A stretch of 64,000 nucleotides of DNA, from the NCBI GenBank assembly GCA_964594415.1, contig CAZQLQ010000001.1:28850-92849 (forward strand). The letters run 5' to 3'. The stretch comes from an uncultured Candidatus Saccharibacteria bacterium. GTDB taxonomy: Bacteria > Patescibacteriota > CPR2 > UBA1875 > CAIMLA01. Position 1 is the first letter of the stretch; each line of letters begins with the position of its first letter. A program made the translations under genes and the position numbers. A model generated the notes under the pieces. The model was given only the letters and a program-made list of their open reading frames with translations. It made no database searches and was not told where the DNA came from. Below are positions 58,236-64,000 of the stretch, one piece after another.

Positions 58236-58624
58236 TGGCTGAATTGTATAACAAAGAAGTGATGGATCATTTTATGAACCCCAGAAATGTGGGTGAGATT
58301 GAAGATGCAAATGGAGTGGGGCAGGTCGGAAATCCGAGATGTGGGGACATTATGAAAATATATATTGATATTGAAAAAGAAGGCGGAAAAGAAATAATTA
58401 AAAATATAAAGTTTCAAACATTTGGCTGCGGTGCGGCGATTGCTACATCAAGTATGATTACTGAACTTGTGAAGGGCAAGTCAATCGAAGAAGCCGAAAA
58501 GGTTACAAATAAAGACGTCGCGAAAGCACTTCATGGGTTGCCACCTGTCAAGATGCACTGCTCAAATCTTGCCGCTTCAGCTCTAAGAAAAGCAATTGAA
58601 GACTATAAGGCCAAAAAGATTTAA
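58235..58624 (+). CDS. iscU: Fe-S cluster scaffold IscU/NifU-N
   Basis: DHFMNPRNVG, GNPRCGD, FGCGAAIA, LPPVKMHCS. Confidence 0.95.
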   Translation: MAELYNKEVMDHFMNPRNVGEIEDANGVGQVGNPRCGDIMKIYIDIEKEGGKEIIKNIKFQTFGCGAAIATSSMITELVKGKSIEEAEKVTNKDVAKALHGLPPVKMHCSNLAASALRKAIEDYKAKKI

Positions 58625-58695
58625 TTTCATTTACCTTTTTCTTTGTGATTGCTAATATATATCCTAGTAGAATATGTTTATATTTTGGAGGGTAA

Positions 58696-61600
58696 GTGCT
58701 GTCAATTAAGCCCAGACTGGCTAGTTTATATAAGAAAAAATGTTCTGATATAAAAGATTTTAAAGTTACTAAAAAATTTGAATATTTTGTATTTTTTGCT
58801 TTTTTTATCAGTTTGTTAAGTTCTCAAGCTTATTTACCTGCAATCTTAAAATCTGATCTGCTCAAGATAAAAACTGTTCTTGCTGACGGAACGCCTGTTC
58901 AAGTTTCTGCTGGTAATGGTCATGCCTGCATTGTCAAAAGCGATGGAACTGTCTGGTGTTGGGGGGCAAATTATTATGGACAGTTAGGTGATAGTACGGA
59001 TGAGACTCGACATACCCCCATCCAGGTTGTTGGAGTGGGTGGAATCGGATTTTTGACAGACATCGTTGCTGTAAATGCTGGATGGCAGCACACTTGTGGA
59101 CTTAAAAATGACGGAACTGTTTATTGCTGGGGAGATAATGCGGATGGAGAACTTGGAAACAATGATTATACAGATAGTTATGTTCCTGTTCAGGTACTAG
59201 GAGTTGGCGGAACAGGATTTCTAAATGATATTAAGGCTATCGGAGCCGGGTACAATGACTCTTGTGCACTAACAAACAGTGGCTTGATGTATTGTTGGGG
59301 AGATAATGCGGATGGCCAGTTAGGGGACAATTCAACGACTGGAAGCCCTGTTCCTGTACAGGTGGTAGGTGCCGGAGGCGCAGGATTTCTAAATGATATT
59401 AGTAAGATTGAGCTTGGTCTTGGTCATGCATGTGCGGTTAAGAATGACGGAACGGCTTATTGTTGGGGGGATAGTTATACCCCTTTGGGTGACGGCACTT
59501 CGAATAGTAGTCAAGTCCCTGTACAGGTGGTAGGCGTTGGCGGAGTCGGGTTCTTAAGCAATATAGCAGATATTACTACGGACGACGGTTTTTCGTGCGC
59601 TTTAACAAATGATGGCTATGTATATTGTTGGGGGGATAACGGTGATGGCCAACTTGGAGATGGTAATGGCGGAACTTACGGGGATGAATCACTTACTCCT
59701 GTTCAGGTTCTTGGTGTGGGAGGTGTGGGGCTTCTCTCAAATATTCAGCACATAAGCAATGGAACTATGCATGCCTGTGCATTAGACTCAGGAGGTAATG
59801 TATATTGTTGGGGATGGAAAGAAGAAACTGGCACTAATGACGGTTCCTGGGATCCGCAAACTACACCAATACAGACACATGGCTTAGAAGATGTAGGGTT
59901 TCTATCGGATATCTTTACTTTCGCCGCAGGAGATTATTTTACTGTAGCAATTGATACAGCCGGAACTGTATATAGTTGGGGTGAAAATTATGAAGGGGAT
60001 CTCGGTGATTGGACCGAAGTTGATAGATATGTTCCTGTTAAGGTGGTCTCAAGTGCTTCCTCGGCTGGGTATCTAGATAATGTCGTAGGCGTTGGGACGG
60101 CTGATGATGGATCCTGTATTATTAAGGATGACGGAACAGTTTGGTGCTGGGGGAATGGCGAACCCGTGCCTGTCCAATTGAGGGGACCAGGAGGAGTGGG
60201 TTTCTTTGAGGATGCCGTTTCGATTAGCAAAAGTGCAATGGGTAATCATTTTTGTGTTGTTAAAAGCGACGGAACGGTATGGTGTTGGGGGAGTAACTCA
60301 GATGGACAACTCGGTGATGGTACAACAACAAGTAGCTATGATTATCCTATACAAGTTGTCGGAGAAGGTGGTGTGGGGTATTTGACAGATGTTAAGATGG
60401 TCTCGGGTGCGTATTTCGGTACTTGTGCTCTTAAAAATGATGGTACGGTGTGGTGCTGGGGGTATAATGGCGGCGGTGCATTAGGAAATAACAGCACTAC
60501 TGATGTGTATACTCCGGTGCAAGTACATGGAGTTAATGACGTCGGATTTTTAACTGACATAAAATATATTTCAACTGGCGGATATCACGGCTGTGCAATA
60601 AAAACGGATGATTCTCTATACTGTTGGGGAAGTAATAGTAGCGGTCAACTTGGTGATAATACGACTTTAAATAAATTGACTCCCATCCAAGTCTTAGGAG
60701 CTGGCGGCATTGGTAATCTTACCGATGTCAGAAGCGTGGCGATGGGGTGGCTGCATACATGCGCTTCAAAAAACGACGGTACTGCTTATTGTTGGGGGAG
60801 AAATTATGCGGGTCAAGTCGGCAATGGCGTAATCGGCGGATTCGGTTCTCATGTAGATGCTCCTAGCCAAGTTATAGGAGTAGGAGGGGTAGGATATTTA
60901 ACAGGCGTTGATACGGTAGCAGCATCCAGAGACGGGTCTTATGCTAAGATGCTTGATGATACGGCGTTTTATTGGGGAGGTACCCCTACACAGCGTTCAG
61001 GTGTTGAAGACGAGCAGTATCTTGTTAATGTTGCTGATATTGCAGGAGGTTATTCGCATCTAGTTTCTCTTTTGAATGACGGAACGGTATATTGTACGGG
61101 TTGGGGTAGTGGTAACGGATGGGACAGCGATTCTTTGGTTTGGTCAGGTATTAATGCATGTTATTTCAATGCCTATGGAGACCCAATTTGCTCTAGTGGT
61201 CCGTCTCCTTCACAAAGTGCTGCCAATTCTGTCATTTCAGGCAGTGAAACAGGTAACTTAGTTACGATTACTGTAACAATCCACGATACGGACGATAATC
61301 CATATACTTCAGGTGGTGACACGGTCACAGTCCTCATAACTGGAGCAAATCCATCTACTCCATCAGTAATAGATAATAGTGACGGAACCTATACTGTAAC
61401 TTATACTTCAACAAGTGACGGTACTGACATAGTAACAGCTACTTTAAACGGAGTTGCAATTGGTAATGATACCGATGGGGTAAGTGACGGAGTCTATCAT
61501 TTGAATGTTACTGCTCCTTTTTCTCCTACTCCAACTACAACCAAACCAAAATCATCTCCTCTAACTCCTTTTCAACCCGTAGACGAGAATATCGCAGACG

Positions 61601-63108
61601 AAACTACACCTACAACCAGTACCACAACCACGACAACCAGAGAAGAAACAGCAGAAAAGTCAAACTCTTCTTCGGAGAGCGATTCAGATAATAATAATCA
61701 TGACGGATTCTTTAAAACCATTAAATCCTATGTCGTAGCTTTTCTTTCTACCTCATCCGATGCAATAGCTAAAGTAAACTACAAGATAACCTCATACTTC
61801 ACTTCTTCAAAGGGTCTTGGTAACTTTTTGGGGATGGTTCCTCCTGCCCTAGCCAGAGTGTTCCCTTGGCTACTTTTCGCCCTCCTTATCTATCTTATCC
61901 GCAGATTAATCAAACAAACCAAGGAAGAAGGTAAGAACGCTCAAGAGATGATAAAGCTTATCGATCTCGAGAAAGCTATCGGAGTCCAGAAAGAAAACTT
62001 CGTCAGATTATCTTCTCATTACCTAAGAACCCCGTTAACAATCATCTCTACTGGCATTGATCTTATGTTTACCCTGGATAAAGTTGAGAAAGAAAAGCAA
62101 ACCGACCTCTCAAACGCCCTTAAAGACCTAAATACCAAAGTAGAGGAGATCTTTTCTGATATATCCTCTAATAGATATCTAAACGAGATAACTATTCCAG
62201 ATATTAAAGAGGAGAAGATCAAGATTTATGCCTCTCCTTACTTATGGCTACCGATCATCCTAATCGGAGGTATCTCCCTTCTTACCAACTACTTGTTTAT
62301 CAATATCGCCAAGATTGATCTCTACACTATTAATCTTATGACCGAAGTAGCTGCCTTTCTCGTTCTTGCTCAGCTTTTCTTTTCTAACTTCAGGAAACGC
62401 CAAACCCAAAGGATCAAGAATCAAAAATATGAGAAAGAGCTTAAGCTTCAGAAAGTCATCGATGATGCTAGAAATACCTTCATGGAGCAAGTTGCAAGGG
62501 ATGTTAATGCAAAAATGATTCCGTTAGAAACCGTCCTTCCTTCGGTAGGTCAAACAGAACACAAGACTGAGATATACAAAGGCCTCTCCGACCTAAAGCA
62601 GATGATCTACAAATTCACGCTGATTAGCAGTATCAAATCCGAAGGAGCCCTTATTAAACCGAGAGAAATTGACCTATACCGAACAGTCAACGATTATATC
62701 AAGGCTAGGCAAGAAGATATAAAGGCAAAGGGGATTAAGGTTAAACTTTCTAAATCGGACACAATCATAATAACTGACAAAGATAAGTTCTTGTTCATTA
62801 TCTTCAGTATCATCGATAACGCTATCAAGTTTTCTAAAGACAAAGGAAGCATCATTATCAACTGGGAGACAGTAGATAATCGAACTACCATAACCGTGGA
62901 AGACGACGGAATTGGAATGACTGAAGAAGCCAAAGACCTTCTCTTTAAGCCTTTCGTTAGGGGAACATCTACCCTTAGATTTGATTATGAAGGCATGGGT
63001 ACTAACCTTTATATCGCCAAACAGATAGCCAATTATTTAAACGGAGATATTTCCCTAGAATCAGAGATAGATAAAGGAACGAAGGTGAGTGTGGTTTTAA
63101 ACAAATAA
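58696..63108 (+). CDS. RCC1-repeat (14 blades) + Ig-like receptor histidine kinase, copy B
   Basis: 14 RCC1-type repeats; filamin/invasin-like Ig domain (DNSDGTYTVTY); same kinase module as copy A. Confidence 0.9.
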   Translation: MLSIKPRLASLYKKKCSDIKDFKVTKKFEYFVFFAFFISLLSSQAYLPAILKSDLLKIKTVLADGTPVQVSAGNGHACIVKSDGTVWCWGANYYGQLGDSTDETRHTPIQVVGVGGIGFLTDIVAVNAGWQHTCGLKNDGTVYCWGDNADGELGNNDYTDSYVPVQVLGVGGTGFLNDIKAIGAGYNDSCALTNSGLMYCWGDNADGQLGDNSTTGSPVPVQVVGAGGAGFLNDISKIELGLGHACAVKNDGTAYCWGDSYTPLGDGTSNSSQVPVQVVGVGGVGFLSNIADITTDDGFSCALTNDGYVYCWGDNGDGQLGDGNGGTYGDESLTPVQVLGVGGVGLLSNIQHISNGTMHACALDSGGNVYCWGWKEETGTNDGSWDPQTTPIQTHGLEDVGFLSDIFTFAAGDYFTVAIDTAGTVYSWGENYEGDLGDWTEVDRYVPVKVVSSASSAGYLDNVVGVGTADDGSCIIKDDGTVWCWGNGEPVPVQLRGPGGVGFFEDAVSISKSAMGNHFCVVKSDGTVWCWGSNSDGQLGDGTTTSSYDYPIQVVGEGGVGYLTDVKMVSGAYFGTCALKNDGTVWCWGYNGGGALGNNSTTDVYTPVQVHGVNDVGFLTDIKYISTGGYHGCAIKTDDSLYCWGSNSSGQLGDNTTLNKLTPIQVLGAGGIGNLTDVRSVAMGWLHTCASKNDGTAYCWGRNYAGQVGNGVIGGFGSHVDAPSQVIGVGGVGYLTGVDTVAASRDGSYAKMLDDTAFYWGGTPTQRSGVEDEQYLVNVADIAGGYSHLVSLLNDGTVYCTGWGSGNGWDSDSLVWSGINACYFNAYGDPICSSGPSPSQSAANSVISGSETGNLVTITVTIHDTDDNPYTSGGDTVTVLITGANPSTPSVIDNSDGTYTVTYTSTSDGTDIVTATLNGVAIGNDTDGVSDGVYHLNVTAPFSPTPTTTKPKSSPLTPFQPVDENIADETTPTTSTTTTTTREETAEKSNSSSESDSDNNNHDGFFKTIKSYVVAFLSTSSDAIAKVNYKITSYFTSSKGLGNFLGMVPPALARVFPWLLFALLIYLIRRLIKQTKEEGKNAQEMIKLIDLEKAIGVQKENFVRLSSHYLRTPLTIISTGIDLMFTLDKVEKEKQTDLSNALKDLNTKVEEIFSDISSNRYLNEITIPDIKEEKIKIYASPYLWLPIILIGGISLLTNYLFINIAKIDLYTINLMTEVAAFLVLAQLFFSNFRKRQTQRIKNQKYEKELKLQKVIDDARNTFMEQVARDVNAKMIPLETVLPSVGQTEHKTEIYKGLSDLKQMIYKFTLISSIKSEGALIKPREIDLYRTVNDYIKARQEDIKAKGIKVKLSKSDTIIITDKDKFLFIIFSIIDNAIKFSKDKGSIIINWETVDNRTTITVEDDGIGMTEEAKDLLFKPFVRGTSTLRFDYEGMGTNLYIAKQIANYLNGDISLESEIDKGTKVSVVLNK
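61523..63097 (+). repeat. 1575-bp direct repeat, copy 2
   Basis: No differences seen versus 46811-48385. Confidence 0.95.
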
Positions 63109-63181
63109 TCGGTTGTATCTATTTGTACTAGTCAATTTTTATTAATAACAATTTTTTGTTAAAATATAATCTGGAGGATCA

Positions 63182-64000
63182 ATGAATTCTTTGGATATTA
63201 TAGCAGTGGGCTTTTTGCTATACTTTATGTTTTTGGGCTATTTGAGAGGTTTTATCCGGCAGTCTATTAGTCTTGCGACTTTTTTGATTTCTTTTTTTAT
63301 GTCGATAACTTTTTATTCAAGATTAGGAAGTTTTTTCGCCTTTCAATATGAAATGCCACAAGAGATTGCCAATGTTGTGTCTTTCTTTTTCATTTGGTTT
63401 GCTTTCCAGTTTCTTTTTTTCATACCAGTTGTTATTTTTTACCCCAAGATACCGAAAGAGCTCACGGAGAAGAATTGGAACCGCTGGGGAGGGCTGTTTC
63501 CCGCCTTTGTTAAAGGTGTGGTCTTGTTGCTATTTTTTCTAGGAACGGTAAATATCTTTCCGGTAAGTGGAAACGATTATATCAATGACCTCATGAATGG
63601 TTCTTTTGTAGGAAGGGAATCTCTAAAGACTTCTAAATTTATTGAAAATTATGTTGATGATATTTTTGGGGAAGCGATAAGCGAGGCAGCTAACTTCTTG
63701 GTAGTCAAACAAGAGAATGACGAGTATTACGAACTTGATTTCAAAGTTTCTAGTCCGGGAACCGATGCTGTATCTGAGAATACTATGCTAGAGCTAATTA
63801 ATAGAGAGAGGGTGGCAAATGATCTCACCCCTCTAGTCATGGATGAGTCTCTAAGAAAGGTAGCTCGGGAACAATCCTTGGATATGCTTGTAAGGGGATA
63901 CTTTTCTCACACTAATCCTGAGGGCGAGTCCCCCTTTGATCGAATGGATGAAGCGGGGATTGAGTATATGATTGCAGGTGAGAATTTGGCTTTAGCACCA
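63182..64000 (+). CDS. CvpA-family membrane domain fused to CAP/SCP domain (3' truncated)
   Basis: Translated by hand: MNSLDII..GYLRGFIRQ (CvpA-like), then LELINRER..DML.RGYFSHTNPEG..PFDRM..AGENLA (CAP); GGAGG RBS. Confidence 0.85.
   Translation, partial: MNSLDIIAVGFLLYFMFLGYLRGFIRQSISLATFLISFFMSITFYSRLGSFFAFQYEMPQEIANVVSFFFIWFAFQFLFFIPVVIFYPKIPKELTEKNWNRWGGLFPAFVKGVVLLLFFLGTVNIFPVSGNDYINDLMNGSFVGRESLKTSKFIENYVDDIFGEAISEAANFLVVKQENDEYYELDFKVSSPGTDAVSENTMLELINRERVANDLTPLVMDESLRKVAREQSLDMLVRGYFSHTNPEGESPFDRMDEAGIEYMIAGENLALAP

Noticed and set aside
46811-63097. Composite transposon bounded by the 1575-bp repeats
   Set aside because: The repeats encode a kinase module, with no transposase or terminal inverted repeats
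44173-63108. Diversity-generating retroelement acting on the RCC1 genes
   Set aside because: No reverse transcriptase in the window; repeat pairs are identical or nearly so rather than showing many adenine-specific TR/VR differences
1-64000. Recoded TGA (genetic code 25, as in Gracilibacteria/Absconditabacteria)
   Set aside because: Conserved genes are full length under code 11 and several end properly at TGA

Overview
AT-rich bacterial chromosome segment using genetic code 11, since TGA ends intact genes. Gene content points to a Patescibacteria/CPR organism (inference). From left to right: the end of ackA and a palindromic-repeat mosaic; a Trm11-like methyltransferase; tRNA-Arg and tRNA-Lys; a membrane-anchored thioredoxin; a signalling/biosynthesis cluster (receiver <- FadD-like ligase, ABC exporter, GNAT, membrane protein, ThiF, 7TM-GAF-PAS histidine kinase, Ig-like protein, second kinase); a minus-strand accessory block behind tRNA-Glu with an att-like duplication; a ~21 kb glycolysis-to-acetate supercluster (gap, pgk, tpiA, fba, ppsA, eno, gpmI, PfkB kinase, ADP-forming acetate-CoA ligase, 4-subunit 2-oxoacid:ferredoxin oxidoreductase); a second repeat mosaic; pcrA; and two giant RCC1-repeat histidine kinases bracketing rpf-rsmA-acyP-rsmI-metG-MFS-tatD and an iscS-ferredoxin/thioredoxin-iscU operon. 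Best leads: (1) the twin RCC1 receptor kinases, which have different 14-blade ectodomains, an apparently identical 1575-bp signalling module and a DHp split from its ATPase domain by a TM hairpin; (2) the FadD-GNAT-ThiF-exporter-7TM kinase cluster as a candidate acyl-signal (quorum-sensing-like) system; (3) an orphan Phd/YefM-fold CxxC protein with a palindromic site heading the Fe-S assembly operon. All calls come from reading motifs by eye; no database searches were run.
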